This document shows positions 9,890-20,487 of a DNA stretch of 64,000 nt, piece by piece; the first letter of the stretch is position 1, and every line of letters begins with the position of its first letter. The position numbers were made by a program, and so were the translations under genes. The notes under the pieces are model-generated. The model ran no database searches. It was not told the DNA's origin and was given only the letters and a program-made list of their open reading frames with translations. Source of the DNA: Methanobacteriota archaeon (GTDB lineage Archaea; Thermoplasmatota; E2; DHVEG-1); contig CAIRCU010000014.1 in NCBI GenBank assembly GCA_903877165.1, positions 2,280 to 66,279 of the forward strand, read 5' to 3'.

Positions 9890-11949
9890 TGGCCGTACCC
9901 ACGCCCATCGACCACAAAGAAGCACGACGCATCGCCCGTACACGATCACTCCTCGACAAGACCATACTCATCCCCTCACTGAAACTCTCTGTCCTCCGTC
10001 TTAACCCCCGCGTTCAACTCCGCAACCCCGTCATGTTCGTCGTCGAAATCGGAGCTATCTTCGTCACCCTCGTCTTCTTCGCCAACCTCGCCGCCGGCCG
10101 CATCTTCCCCTTCCCCGCGTACATCGCACTCTGGCTGTGGTTCACCATTATCTTCGCTAACTTCGCTGAAGCCATGGCTGAAGGCCGAGGCAAAGCCCAG
10201 GCTGAGACCCTCCGAAGAGCCAAGATCGACACCCCGGCGAAACTCATCGGAGAGAACGGAGACATTACGGTCGTTAAAGCGACGGACCTCAAGAAAGGCG
10301 ATATCCTCCTGGTCACTGCCGGCGAGGTCATCCCTGCGGACGGCACCGTCATCGAAGGCGTCGCCAGCATCGACGAAAGCGCGATCACCGGCGAAAGCGC
10401 CCCCGTCATCAGAGAAAGCGGAGGCGACCGCAGCGGCGTCACCGGCGGCACCAAAGTCCTCAGCGACAGCATCCGCGTCCGCGTCTCCACCAATCCCGGT
10501 GAATCCTTCTTGGACCGCATGGTCGAACTCGTCGAAAGCGCAGAACGCCAAAAAACCCCAAACGAAATCGCTCTCACCGTTCTCATCATCGGCCTCACCC
10601 TCCTCTACCTCGTCGTCGTCGTCTGCCTCATCGCCTTCGCCTCGTACACCGGCACTACCGTCAGCACCGTCGTCCTCATCTCGCTCCTCGTCTGCCTCAT
10701 CCCCACCACCATCGGCGGACTGCTTAGCGCCATCGGCATCGCAGGCATGGACCGACTCCTCACCCGCAACGTCGTCGCGAAAAGCGGCCGCGCCGTCGAA
10801 GCCGCCGGTGACGTCGACGTCATCCTCCTCGACAAGACTGGGACCATCACCCTTGGCAATCGCCAGGCTGTCGAATTCATCCCAGCACAAGACGTCTCCA
10901 CCGCCGAAATCAGAGACATCTGCCTGCTCAGCTCACTCTCAGACACCACCCCGGAAGGCCGCAGCATCATCGAACTCGCCCTCGCCGAAGGAGCCGTCCA
11001 GCCACCCACCGTATGCGGCACCTCCATCGATTTCAGCGCAGACACCTGCATGAGCGGCATCGACCTCCCGGAAAAAAAGATCAGGAAAGGAGCACCAGAT
11101 GCGATCACAAAATATCTCAAAGGCCAAGGAGGAACCGTACCCTCCAGCCTTATGGACGCTGTCGCCCGCATCTGTACACAAGGAGGCACCCCCCTCCTCG
11201 TCGCCAAAGACAACCAGGCCATCGGCGTCATCCACCTCAAAGACATCGTCAAACCAGGCATCGCGGACCGCCTCCGAGTCCTCAAACGCGTCGGCATCCG
11301 TACCGTTATGATCACCGGCGACAACCCCGTCACCGCTAAGACCATCGCTGACGAAGCCGGTATCGACGAGTTCGTCGCCGAAGCCAAACCCGAGGACAAA
11401 CTCACCTACATCCGCAAAGAACAAGCCAAAGGTCAGCTCGTCGCCATGATCGGAGACGGCACCAATGACGCCCCCGCCCTCGCCCAAGCGGACGTCGGCC
11501 TCGCCATGAACAGCGGCACCGACGCCGCCAGGGAAGCCGGCAACATGGTCGACCTTGACTCCTCACCCACTAAACTCATCGACGTTATCGAGACCGGCAA
11601 ACAGCTCCTCGTCACACGTGGCGCCCTCACCACCTTCAGCATCGCCAACGACGTCTCTAAATACTTCGCGATCATCCCCGCGATGTTCCCCACCCTCCCC
11701 ATCTTCCACGCCATGAACATCATGCGCCTCCACAGTACTCAAAGCGCGGTCCTCAGCGCCGTTATTTTCAACGCCATCATCATCATCCTTCTCATACCCC
11801 TCGCCCTCAAAGGAGTCGCATACCGGCCTGCAGGCGCCTCCAACATCCTGCGCCGCAATGCCCTCATCTACGGCCTCGGCGGCGTCATCGTCCCCTTCAT
11901 CGGAATCAAAGCCATCGACCTCCTCATCACCGTCCTCGGATTAGTTTAA
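9889..11949 (+). CDS. kdpB: K+-transporting P-type ATPase subunit B
   Basis: 686 aa with DKTGTIT phosphorylation motif, [14 protein letters not shown], and KdpB-type N-terminus. The start overlaps the kdpCA stop (ATGG/TAATGG junction). Confidence 0.97.
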   Translation: MAVPTPIDHKEARRIARTRSLLDKTILIPSLKLSVLRLNPRVQLRNPVMFVVEIGAIFVTLVFFANLAAGRIFPFPAYIALWLWFTIIFANFAEAMAEGRGKAQAETLRRAKIDTPAKLIGENGDITVVKATDLKKGDILLVTAGEVIPADGTVIEGVASIDESAITGESAPVIRESGGDRSGVTGGTKVLSDSIRVRVSTNPGESFLDRMVELVESAERQKTPNEIALTVLIIGLTLLYLVVVVCLIAFASYTGTTVSTVVLISLLVCLIPTTIGGLLSAIGIAGMDRLLTRNVVAKSGRAVEAAGDVDVILLDKTGTITLGNRQAVEFIPAQDVSTAEIRDICLLSSLSDTTPEGRSIIELALAEGAVQPPTVCGTSIDFSADTCMSGIDLPEKKIRKGAPDAITKYLKGQGGTVPSSLMDAVARICTQGGTPLLVAKDNQAIGVIHLKDIVKPGIADRLRVLKRVGIRTVMITGDNPVTAKTIADEAGIDEFVAEAKPEDKLTYIRKEQAKGQLVAMIGDGTNDAPALAQADVGLAMNSGTDAAREAGNMVDLDSSPTKLIDVIETGKQLLVTRGALTTFSIANDVSKYFAIIPAMFPTLPIFHAMNIMRLHSTQSAVLSAVIFNAIIIILLIPLALKGVAYRPAGASNILRRNALIYGLGGVIVPFIGIKAIDLLITVLGLV

Positions 11950-12019
11950 GAAATCTCACCACCACAACTCCTATAACCAACCCTGAGAATAGATACTACA
12001 GAACACATCTTGAAGTCCT

Positions 12020-13201
12020 ATGCGAGAAACGGAAAAAGAAAAACGACCGCGACCCGAGTCATTTCTCGACCTCATCCGACAGCAAGGCCGGGGAAACCTC
12101 AAGGTATTCCTGGGCTTCGCGCCAGGCGTTGGGAAGACCTACAGGATGTTACAAGAGGCACACGCCCTCAAGAAAAAGGGGGTGGACGTCGTCGTCGGCA
12201 TCGTCGACAGCCACGGACGAGTCGAAACCGAAGTCCTCGTCGAAGGCCTTGAACAAATCCCTCCACGCCGTGTGCAGTACAAAGGCATCGAACTGCTCGA
12301 CGTCGACATGGACGCAATCCTCATCCGCATGCCAGAGCTCGCGTTGGTCGATGAACTGCCGCATACAAACGCCCCCGGCGGGCATAATAAGAAACGCTGG
12401 CAGGACGTCGAAGAGCTCCTCGCCATGGGCATCAACGTCATGACTACAATGAACGTCCAGCACATCGAAAGCCTCACGGACGACATCGCACGGACGACCA
12501 AGGTCCGGGTCACCGAGACCGTCCCAGACCGGTTCCTCTCGACCCTCGCGGACGAGATCGTCGACGTCGACCTTCCAGTTGACGAACTCCTCGACCGGCT
12601 CCAGGAGGGGAAGATATACCCTCATGAGCGGATCGCGACCGCGTTCCGCAATTTCTTCCAGTTCCGCAAGCTCACTGCCCTACGAGAGTTCTCCCTTCGC
12701 GAGGTCGCCAAGAGCGTGGGCGCCCGGGCGGCCAAACGCGACGCTACCCTGCTTGGGAAATCCGCGGAGGAGACCCCAAAGGAGCGCGTCCTGGTCGCCA
12801 TGAGCCCAGACGCCCATCAGGCCAGTATCCTGATCCGCAAGGGTGCGCGACTCGCTGGGGAACTGAACACCGACTGGGACGTCGTCTACGTCGAGACACC
12901 GAAGGACAACGAGCGGACACGGACGATCCGGGAGACGCAGCTGCTCAACGACAACATGGACCTGGCCCGGTCGCTGGGGGCAAAGACCGCGCGGATCAAA
13001 GGTCTGGACGTGGCGCATGCGATCCTGGAGTATGCACATGAGAACAGGGTCGGTAAAATCGTGGTCGGGAAGATGTGGTACCCCTGGTACACGTTCCTCT
13101 ACCGCCGAGACATTATGAACCACATCCTCAAGGACTCAGGGGCGATTGATGTCTACGTCGTCACGTTTGAAAACCCGAAACGGCCATACCTGCAGAAATA
13201 A
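12020..13201 (+). CDS. KdpD N-terminal sensor domain plus Usp domain protein, with no TM region and no kinase
   Basis: 393 aa. The Walker-like GFAPGVGKTYRML motif and the HTNAPG..KRWQDVEELL block are typical of the KdpD N-terminal domain. The C-terminal half is Usp-like (RVLVAMS...KIVVGK...DVYVV). Confidence 0.85.
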   Translation: MRETEKEKRPRPESFLDLIRQQGRGNLKVFLGFAPGVGKTYRMLQEAHALKKKGVDVVVGIVDSHGRVETEVLVEGLEQIPPRRVQYKGIELLDVDMDAILIRMPELALVDELPHTNAPGGHNKKRWQDVEELLAMGINVMTTMNVQHIESLTDDIARTTKVRVTETVPDRFLSTLADEIVDVDLPVDELLDRLQEGKIYPHERIATAFRNFFQFRKLTALREFSLREVAKSVGARAAKRDATLLGKSAEETPKERVLVAMSPDAHQASILIRKGARLAGELNTDWDVVYVETPKDNERTRTIRETQLLNDNMDLARSLGAKTARIKGLDVAHAILEYAHENRVGKIVVGKMWYPWYTFLYRRDIMNHILKDSGAIDVYVVTFENPKRPYLQK

Positions 13202-13234
13202 GGAGAAGCTAGGGGGATCTTGCCCCTGCCTATC

Positions 13235-14446
13235 TTAGAGCCGCCCGAACCAGCTCTTGAAGATCCCGATGACCAGGCGGCGGCCCAGCGCCCAGCGGAT
13301 ATCCTTGTTCATGATATGGTCGGTGAACAGAGAGAGGCCGATGGCTTGCACCTTGGGGTCCTTCTCGATGATCTTGACGATGGTCTCCCCTGGGCTCTGC
13401 CAGTGCCGTGAGGCCTGATAATATCGTTTGTAGTCGTGTCCGAACTCCTGTATCCACCAACGCTGGTACAGGGCTAATTCCTGGACGGTTGACTGGTCGG
13501 CTTCGAGGGCTTGTACGAGGGCTTTGCCTGCGAGCTCCCCGGAGATCATGGCGTAGTAAATCCCTTCGCCGGTGAGCGGTTGAGTCAGCCCTCCCGCGTC
13601 CCCGCACAGAATGCTGCGGTCTCCGTAGGTCCGCCGCTGAGGATGTGTCGGGAACACGCCCCCCTTGGGGGAGAGCGGATGGATTGTCCCAGGGATGACC
13701 TTTTGCGTTCTTAGTAAATCAAGGAACTGGGCATAGGCGGTCTTGAGGTTGTGCTTCGGCTGCTGCGGACCGAGAGCCTGGTAGAACTCCCCGATGCCGA
13801 TGTTCAGGTGCTCCTTCTTTGGGAACACCCAGCCGTAGCCCGCAATCCCGCTCGCGTTCAGATAGATGTGGAGGCGGCGCTGATCGCCGAAGAACTGGTC
13901 CATGACCTGTGACGGGACCGGGTATTCCTCCAGCACACAGGCACCGATATTCCTGGAGTCCTGTGGATGGCCGAGCTGCCGTGCCATGTGGCTTGCCACG
14001 CCGTCCGCGGCGATGACATAGGAGGCGCCTATGATGGTGCCGCCTTCGAGGGTGACCATGGCGTGCTGCGGGTTGGTTGTGACCTTCACCACTGCGCTAC
14101 CGCCCTGGAATGCCGCCCCGGCCTCCGAGGCGAGGGTGACGAGCCCTGCATCGAAGGGTTTCCGCAGGACCATCCCGGCGATCGGAGTGCTGTTGTCGAG
14201 GTCCGCCTGATGCAAAAGCTTGGTGGAATGGATGCTTATGCCGTAGGAAAGGGATTCAATTAGGCCGTTTTTCTGGATGTACGGGTAGCGTTTGAGGACG
14301 CGCATCGGCAGGCCGCCGCCGCAGGGCTTGTCCCTAGGAAATGTGTGCTTGTCGAGCAGGAGGACTGACACTCCTTTCTCGGCGAGGACCTTGGCTGCAG
14401 TTGCTCCGGCAGGGCCGGCACCGACCACGACCACGTCATATTTCAT
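13235..14446 (-). CDS. Geranylgeranyl reductase family FAD-dependent oxidoreductase (archaeal lipid saturation type)
   Basis: 403 aa with N-terminal YDVVVVGAGPAGATAA dinucleotide fold followed by KPCGGG, typical of GGR family. Confidence 0.85.
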   Translation of the reverse strand: MKYDVVVVGAGPAGATAAKVLAEKGVSVLLLDKHTFPRDKPCGGGLPMRVLKRYPYIQKNGLIESLSYGISIHSTKLLHQADLDNSTPIAGMVLRKPFDAGLVTLASEAGAAFQGGSAVVKVTTNPQHAMVTLEGGTIIGASYVIAADGVASHMARQLGHPQDSRNIGACVLEEYPVPSQVMDQFFGDQRRLHIYLNASGIAGYGWVFPKKEHLNIGIGEFYQALGPQQPKHNLKTAYAQFLDLLRTQKVIPGTIHPLSPKGGVFPTHPQRRTYGDRSILCGDAGGLTQPLTGEGIYYAMISGELAGKALVQALEADQSTVQELALYQRWWIQEFGHDYKRYYQASRHWQSPGETIVKIIEKDPKVQAIGLSLFTDHIMNKDIRWALGRRLVIGIFKSWFGRL

Positions 14447-14618
14447 AGTGTCGCACGACTCCTTCTTTTCCCCAAGGCATGGAATAGCAAGGCATTATAT
14501 AAATCTGGCCGACGGAGGGTCTAGTCTTGTCTTTAAATATCCCTGATATTCCACAAAGTTCCCACTAAAATGCTTCTCAGCAGTGTTTTTAAGGTCTACC
14601 AACTTAAGATACCATTGT

Positions 14619-15905
14619 ATGGTCTGCTCTAAACTCATCAGCCTTGCCTGCATCCTGTTCATAGTCGCAACGCCGTTTCTGCCCACACTGACACCAGCAT
14701 TCGCTACTCCCACGAACAGCAGCGGCTTTGGTCTGCCCGCAGCCCATCTCATCTCTGGAATCTCGTACGTGGCGCAAGACAAGATGAACTTCTGTGTGTA
14801 CGCCTGCCTGGCCATGATCTTCAACCATCTGGGCCTGAACACCTCGATCGACGAACTCGCCTTCTACGACGGCGTCGGATACATCCACTCCTACATCGCG
14901 GATACACGCCTCCCCCAAGAACGCCTCTATGGCGGCATGGACTTCATCGCCAGTGTCTTCGGCCTCGCCCAGCACTCCTGGCGGCCCACAGACGAGAACC
15001 TCTCCGCCGACGAGCTCTGGAACCAGTTCTACTCCTATCTGAGAGAGAACATCTCCCAGGACATCCCAGTCGCCACCGGCGTGAATCCTTTCAGCCTACC
15101 GTCCTTGCGTGACCAGTTCCCCATCAACGACCTGCTCTGGAAGACCTTACTGCCCTCCGGCCGCCACGTCATTTTGATCATCGGCTACAATGACACAAAC
15201 CACAGCGTCTGCTACAACGACCCGAACGCCGGGTACTACGGCGATGGCCGCTACGGCGACCACGCCTGGATGCCACTTTCCACCCTTCGAAACGCGCGGG
15301 AGACCGGCGAAATCACCTTCAGCTTCACTTACACACCCGAATCGCCACCTCTCACCAAGGAGGCCGCCTTCCAGGAGGCGTTCCAGCGCAACATCAACGC
15401 CCTCGCCGGTAACGTCACCGACTTTTGGCCAGGCCCGTACGGCATCAACGCCACCGCCCAGATGTTCCAAGCCTACACGCCCGGTGCGAACACCAGCCAG
15501 GAGACCATCCGGCTCTACAAGGCCCAGGGAAAACTCTCCGTGAGCTACCACCTGAACCATGCCATGCATCGACTCTGCGAACTCCTCGCCCCGGGGCGCC
15601 CGAACGTCTTCGACATCATCCTGGCCGGGGAGAAAAACCCGTTCCACCAGATCGCTGTCGGAAAACACATCGTCACGGACTACCTCGAGAACTGCACGGT
15701 ATACCCCGGCCTCTGCATGAACCAGTCGATCCTTCTTCGAGGAGAAGCGGCTGCATGGGACCAGCTCGCCGCAAACTACACGATCTTCTTGAAAAGAGGA
15801 GTATTTCTCTTCCACACCCGCGCCACGTTGATGATGAAAAACATGGAGACGCTGTCGACACGGATCATCGACCTCGAACACACGCTGATCGACTCAGCCG
15901 GATAG
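14619..15905 (+). CDS. Secreted papain-fold (C39-like / BtrH_N-like) putative cysteine peptidase-fold protein
   Basis: The internal ATG gives signal peptide MVCSKLISLACILFIVATPFLPTLTPAFA. A Cys motif (NFCVYACLAMIFNHLG) and a later His motif (GRHVILIIGYND) resemble C39-like/BtrH_N domains. Assignment is tentative. Confidence 0.45.
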   Translation: MVCSKLISLACILFIVATPFLPTLTPAFATPTNSSGFGLPAAHLISGISYVAQDKMNFCVYACLAMIFNHLGLNTSIDELAFYDGVGYIHSYIADTRLPQERLYGGMDFIASVFGLAQHSWRPTDENLSADELWNQFYSYLRENISQDIPVATGVNPFSLPSLRDQFPINDLLWKTLLPSGRHVILIIGYNDTNHSVCYNDPNAGYYGDGRYGDHAWMPLSTLRNARETGEITFSFTYTPESPPLTKEAAFQEAFQRNINALAGNVTDFWPGPYGINATAQMFQAYTPGANTSQETIRLYKAQGKLSVSYHLNHAMHRLCELLAPGRPNVFDIILAGEKNPFHQIAVGKHIVTDYLENCTVYPGLCMNQSILLRGEAAAWDQLAANYTIFLKRGVFLFHTRATLMMKNMETLSTRIIDLEHTLIDSAG

Positions 15906-16016
15906 AGAACAGAAGCCACGTGAACGCTTTGTTAACAACAACTCTAGAAAACATCTCATAGATATATTTATAATCGTCCTTAAAATATTATATTGTATCC
16001 GGGGGGTCTAAAAAAA

Positions 16017-17843
16017 ATGAACAAGAGATTTTTCCATATGATGCTGGCACTCCTCATCTGCATCCCACTCATATCGGTGACCGGCACCGGGGCAGTCGCG
16101 GGCAGACTGTCGCCGCCGCCGATTGAATGGATGAAAACCTACGGCTCATCCAAAATCGACTACGGTAACTGCGTCCGACAGACCTCCGACCGCGGGTACA
16201 TCATTTGCGGCGCCTATGGCAGGAACGCGTATTCCCCTTGGGCCGGGTATATCTACCTACTAAAAACCGACGTGTTTGGCAACGAAGAATGGCATCAGAC
16301 ACACGGGATTACCAACAATGAAAACGTCGGTAAAAGTGTACTACAGACCAGTGACGGCGGCTACGTCGTTGCCGGGTACACCGGCTACACCTACCATATC
16401 GACGGCTACTTAGAGAAAACAGATAGCAACGGAAACGTCCTCTGGTCCCATTCCTATGGCGCATTCAACGCCTACGATTCCTTCACCTGTGTCCAAGAGG
16501 CTCTTGACGGCGGCTACATCATGTGCGGTTGGACCGGCTCCTATGGCGCCGGTGGCGGCGACATGTGGCTTGTCAAGGTCGACGAGAACGGAAACGAGCA
16601 GTGGAACAAAACCTTCGGCGGCACCCAACTCGATGGGGCCAACTGCATCGCATGGACCAGGGACGCTGGCTATCTCATCTGCGGAACAACACAATCCTAC
16701 GGGGTGAACGGCGACGCCTGGGTCGTCAAGACTGATTACAATGGAAACGAACTGTGGAACCAAACATACGGGGGCAGCGGCTCCGATGAGGCTTACGACA
16801 TCCAAGAGATTAGTATTGGCGACGCCGTTATCGCCATCGGCATCGTAGGGACCACCTCGTCCTATGGTGCCGGCAACGGCGACGTCTGGTTCATCGTCGC
16901 TGATGCCGATTATGGGTATGAAGAGTCAAGCACGACCTACGGCGGAAGCCAGTATGACGTCGGCTATAGTTTCCAACAGACCTCCGACAGGGGATTCTTT
17001 ATCACCGGGCAGTACACCAACCCCGCGACTCAGAACCCAGACCTCTACGTCATCAAGCTCACCAACGGCGGGTATCTCGACTGGCAGCAGATCATTGACA
17101 ACAATGGAAAAGAAGACGTCGGCAACTACGGCATCGAAACATCGGACGGCGGCTACATCGTCACGGGAAACACCGGGGTGTACCAGCAGGAGACGACCGA
17201 TGTGTGGCTTATCAAATTCCAGGGGAACAACACACCGCCCAACGAGCCCAGCGATCCCTCCCCAGCGAACAACTCCACAAACCAAAACATCGACCTCAGT
17301 CTCAGTTGGACCAGCGGTGACCCCAACGATGACCCCGTGACCTACGATGTTTCGTTCGGGACGACACCAAACCCACCGATGGTCGTCGTGAACCTCACCC
17401 AAGCCGTCTACGACCCGGGGACGCTCGACTGCAACACGACCTATTACTGGAAGATTCGTGCGACCGACGTGTACGGCGCAACCACGCAAGGACCGCTATG
17501 GTCGTTTACTACAAGAAAGACACAACCGACCCTGGAGATTGGGTACATCACCGGCAAGATAGGCGTCCATGCAGTGCTCAAGAACACAGGGCTCGCCAAC
17601 GCCAGCGGCATCACCTGGAGAATCACCGTCACAGGCGGTATGCTTCGGCTCATCCATACGAACGTCACCGACACAATCACAAGCCTCGGAGCGGAAAAGC
17701 AGACATCGATTGCCTCAGGCATGTTCTTCGGATTAGGACCAATCACCATCATGGTATCCGCGTCATGCACCGAGATCCCAGCGCCCGTTGTAAAGACCGC
17801 TACCGGGCAGATCCTCCTCTTCTGGGTGACGATTAAAAGTTGA
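16017..17843 (+). CDS. Secreted seven-repeat (SDGGY-type) beta-propeller protein with an Fn3/PKD-like domain and a CARDB-like C-terminal module
   Basis: Signal peptide from the ATG at 16017. Seven repeats of about 50 aa carry the core (Q/E)TSDGGY(I/V).(G/C)..G. These are followed by a TYYWKIRATD...LWSFTT Ig-like segment. Confidence 0.6.
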   Translation: MNKRFFHMMLALLICIPLISVTGTGAVAGRLSPPPIEWMKTYGSSKIDYGNCVRQTSDRGYIICGAYGRNAYSPWAGYIYLLKTDVFGNEEWHQTHGITNNENVGKSVLQTSDGGYVVAGYTGYTYHIDGYLEKTDSNGNVLWSHSYGAFNAYDSFTCVQEALDGGYIMCGWTGSYGAGGGDMWLVKVDENGNEQWNKTFGGTQLDGANCIAWTRDAGYLICGTTQSYGVNGDAWVVKTDYNGNELWNQTYGGSGSDEAYDIQEISIGDAVIAIGIVGTTSSYGAGNGDVWFIVADADYGYEESSTTYGGSQYDVGYSFQQTSDRGFFITGQYTNPATQNPDLYVIKLTNGGYLDWQQIIDNNGKEDVGNYGIETSDGGYIVTGNTGVYQQETTDVWLIKFQGNNTPPNEPSDPSPANNSTNQNIDLSLSWTSGDPNDDPVTYDVSFGTTPNPPMVVVNLTQAVYDPGTLDCNTTYYWKIRATDVYGATTQGPLWSFTTRKTQPTLEIGYITGKIGVHAVLKNTGLANASGITWRITVTGGMLRLIHTNVTDTITSLGAEKQTSIASGMFFGLGPITIMVSASCTEIPAPVVKTATGQILLFWVTIKS

Positions 17844-17976
17844 GCTATGTCCGGGGTTTCACCTTTGAAGAGGAAGGACGGAGAACGCACTTTTAGTATG
17901 GAGTAATGTGAAAAACCAATTATATAGAAAATTTTATATATAGCAACAACTTTTTAGAAAAAAATAAGGGAAGATT

Positions 17977-19827
17977 ATGAAAAAAATATTTAGGACCATT
18001 TCAATATGTGTGATGCTCGTAGTATTAGCCGCTACTCCTGCTTTTGCATTCCTAGAGACAAGCAATCATACTTCGGCTCTATCAAATACTAGTGAATTTG
18101 TTTCTGGAGAGCTCATTGTTAAGTTTAAAAACGGGGTTGACAGTACGGAAATCTCTGCTATATATGCAAGATATGGGTTGTCTGTTCTTTCTTCAAATAC
18201 ATATGCAGGTTTTCAAAGGTTGAAGATTCCCCAGGAAATATCTGTTTTGAAGCTAGTTGATATTATAAATAAGAATCCAAATGTTGACTATGCGGAGCCG
18301 AATTTTATTGCGTATGCAGATATGAGTCCTAACGATCCCTCCTATAGTTATCAATGGAATATGCATGATCTAAATGAAGGAGGAATTAACATGGCACCAG
18401 CATGGGACATTTCAACTGGTTCAGGAACCGTTGTAGCAATTGTGGACACAGGAGTTCGTGTGGGGTCTGATTTATCTGGTACCTCTTTTGTTCCTGGATA
18501 CGATTTTGTAAATAATGATAATGATCCAGTCGATGATAATGGTCATGGAACCCATGTCGCAGGAACTATCGCACAGAGCACGAACAATAATGAGGGAGTT
18601 GCCGGAGTAGCGTTTGGTGCAAGTATAATGCCGGTAAAAGTATTAAATCGCCAAGGATCCGGAACGTACGCAGCGATCGCGAATGGTATTTATTTTGCGG
18701 TTGATCATGGAGCAAATATTATCAGTATGAGCCTTGGAGGCAGTCAAAATTCCCAGACGTTGAAGAATGCAGTCGCCTACGCCTATAACCATGGAGTCAC
18801 TTGTGTCGCTGCAGCTGGTAACAATGGACAAAACGGAATCTCATACCCCGCAGCATACGATGCGTATGTGATCGCTGTTGGAGCAACGCAGTATGATAAA
18901 ACACGAGCACCGTATTCGAACTATGGTTCCAGTCTTGATGTCATGGCTCCTGGTGGAAATACAAATCTAGATCAAAATGGTGATGGGTATGGAGACGGTG
19001 TGCTGCAGCAAACATTTACCATGCAAGGATCAACTGTTGTCTGGGGCTATTATTTCTATCAAGGTACCTCCATGGCAACTCCTCATGTCTCTGGTGTTGC
19101 CGCATTACTCTATTCTCATGGTGTGACGTCACCTGACAATATACGAACCGCCCTGCAATCGACAGCGACTGACCTTGGTGCCACAGGCTGGGATATCTAC
19201 TATGGGTACGGGCTGATCAACGCCTATAACGCATTAATGTATACACCAGGGAACAGCCCACCGACATGTACTCTGACTGCGAACCCAACCTCGGGGGTCG
19301 CCCCGCTTACAACAATCTTTAGCATGACGGCCACCGACACGGATGGCATCATTGCATCCTGGGCTCTTGATATCAACAACGATGGAACCGCTGAGTACTC
19401 TGGAAGCGGCAGTCCGCCAGCAACACAGACCTATACCTACACCACACCTGGAACATACACTGCGAAACTCACCGTATGGGATGATGATAATGCCAATGGT
19501 TTTGGCACAGTGACGATTACTGTTACTCAGCCAAACTCTGCACCAAATACACCACTGAAACCTTCTGGGCCAATAAATGGGATGAAAAATAGACAATACA
19601 AATACAGCACAAGCACGACTGACCCTAATGGAGATCAAGTGTATTACTTCTGGGATTGGGGTGATGGGACAACCAGTGGATGGCTTGGTCCGTACACCTC
19701 AGGGGCGACTATTTCACAATTACATAAATGGACATCACCGGGTACTTATCTTGTAAAGGTGAAAGCAAAAGATATTTATGGTGCTGAGAGTGGTTGGTCT
19801 GAATCATTGTCGGTAACTATACGATAA
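17977..19827 (+). CDS. Secreted subtilisin-like serine protease (S8) with I9 propeptide and two PKD-like domains
   Basis: Catalytic triad motifs VAIVDTGV, HGTHVAGTIA and GTSMATPHVSG. The C-terminus carries repeats of the type WDFGDG/WDWGDGT. The gene is markedly AT-richer than upstream genes. Confidence 0.9.
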   Translation: MKKIFRTISICVMLVVLAATPAFAFLETSNHTSALSNTSEFVSGELIVKFKNGVDSTEISAIYARYGLSVLSSNTYAGFQRLKIPQEISVLKLVDIINKNPNVDYAEPNFIAYADMSPNDPSYSYQWNMHDLNEGGINMAPAWDISTGSGTVVAIVDTGVRVGSDLSGTSFVPGYDFVNNDNDPVDDNGHGTHVAGTIAQSTNNNEGVAGVAFGASIMPVKVLNRQGSGTYAAIANGIYFAVDHGANIISMSLGGSQNSQTLKNAVAYAYNHGVTCVAAAGNNGQNGISYPAAYDAYVIAVGATQYDKTRAPYSNYGSSLDVMAPGGNTNLDQNGDGYGDGVLQQTFTMQGSTVVWGYYFYQGTSMATPHVSGVAALLYSHGVTSPDNIRTALQSTATDLGATGWDIYYGYGLINAYNALMYTPGNSPPTCTLTANPTSGVAPLTTIFSMTATDTDGIIASWALDINNDGTAEYSGSGSPPATQTYTYTTPGTYTAKLTVWDDDNANGFGTVTITVTQPNSAPNTPLKPSGPINGMKNRQYKYSTSTTDPNGDQVYYFWDWGDGTTSGWLGPYTSGATISQLHKWTSPGTYLVKVKAKDIYGAESGWSESLSVTIR

Positions 19828-20430
19828 TGAAATAGGGGCAAAGCCCCTATGACCCCGTTCCGCCTTCGTTCCTCGGCAAGCCCTCTTGGGCGTTGCCGTA
19901 TCTCACTCGGCGGTCAGGCGCTGTTGTCGGTCGTCGATGATGGTCACGTTGTGATGTCGTTGCTGATCTCGCAGGTAGGCTGAGGATTCCTCAAGGTTGG
20001 TCAGTCCTGTGGACTCGTGGTGCTCGTACCCGCTCCAGAATCCACCTCGCGGGTAGCGTTTGCGGAACCAGGGGTGCGCCTCGAACATCTTTATAGCGCT
20101 GTGGGATTTGAGCATGATCTCAGCGCTCTGAATGGAGTACCGTTTGGGGACGTTGGCCTGGAGGTGGACGTGGTCTTCGGCGAATCCGAGTTCGCCGAAC
20201 GTAAACCCATGGCGTTCCAGGTCATGGAACGTCTGGGTGCAGGTGTCGATGTGGCTTTGTTTCCTGAAGCAGTTGTGGCGGTTCTTGGTCACAAACATCA
20301 GGGTCACCCAGTTGTTGCGGGTGTCACCCGCAACCTTTTTAGAGCTACCGCTCGATACAATCTCCATAGGTTTTTGAACTCCAGTCGCGCCAATACAGGA
20401 GCAGGCGGAACGCCTGCCACGCGCGACAAA
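19828..20430 (-). mobile_element. IS200-group (IS200/IS605 family) insertion sequence, tnpA only, with subterminal hairpins
   Basis: A Y1/HUH transposase gene is flanked by hairpins: ATAGGGGC-AAA-GCCCCTAT (19831-19849) and CGGCAAGCCC..GGGCGTTGCCG (19874-19898) at one end, and nested GTCGCGC..CAGGCG-GAA-CGCCTG..GCGCGAC (20384-20427) at the other. The segment is GC-rich inside an AT-rich neighbourhood. Exact ends were not determined. Confidence 0.6.
19903..20367 (-). CDS. tnpA: IS200-type Y1 (HUH) transposase TnpA
   Basis: 154 aa from the internal ATG. It has a VTLMFVTKNR block, HUH motif EDHVHLQ, and C-terminal FWSGYEH...YLRDQ typical of IS200 TnpA. Confidence 0.85.
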   Translation of the reverse strand: MEIVSSGSSKKVAGDTRNNWVTLMFVTKNRHNCFRKQSHIDTCTQTFHDLERHGFTFGELGFAEDHVHLQANVPKRYSIQSAEIMLKSHSAIKMFEAHPWFRKRYPRGGFWSGYEHHESTGLTNLEESSAYLRDQQRHHNVTIIDDRQQRLTAE

Positions 20431-20487
20431 AAACGAGTATCGAGTGTTTTGAGAAAAAGACGACGAGCGGCCTTTCATCTACGGGTC

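Noticed and set aside
7613-10890. Long antisense ORFs in the track. Examples are 7613..8584, 8627..9733, 9976..10890, 4617..5246, 15147..15881, 26306..27325, 30348..31196 and 43457..44161, up to 368 aa.
   Set aside because: All lie opposite genes with clear homology. Their products are low-complexity (D/E/G/A/R-rich) with no recognisable motifs. Long stop-free antisense frames are expected in GC-rich DNA with G/C third positions.
17843-17977. Looked for a second tRNA-Ser-derived att repeat at the left edge of the AT-rich island, and near 19830-19900 and 20480.
   Set aside because: No match to the CGCGGGGAGGGAGATT core was found there. The left boundary of the larger island is therefore defined only by composition.
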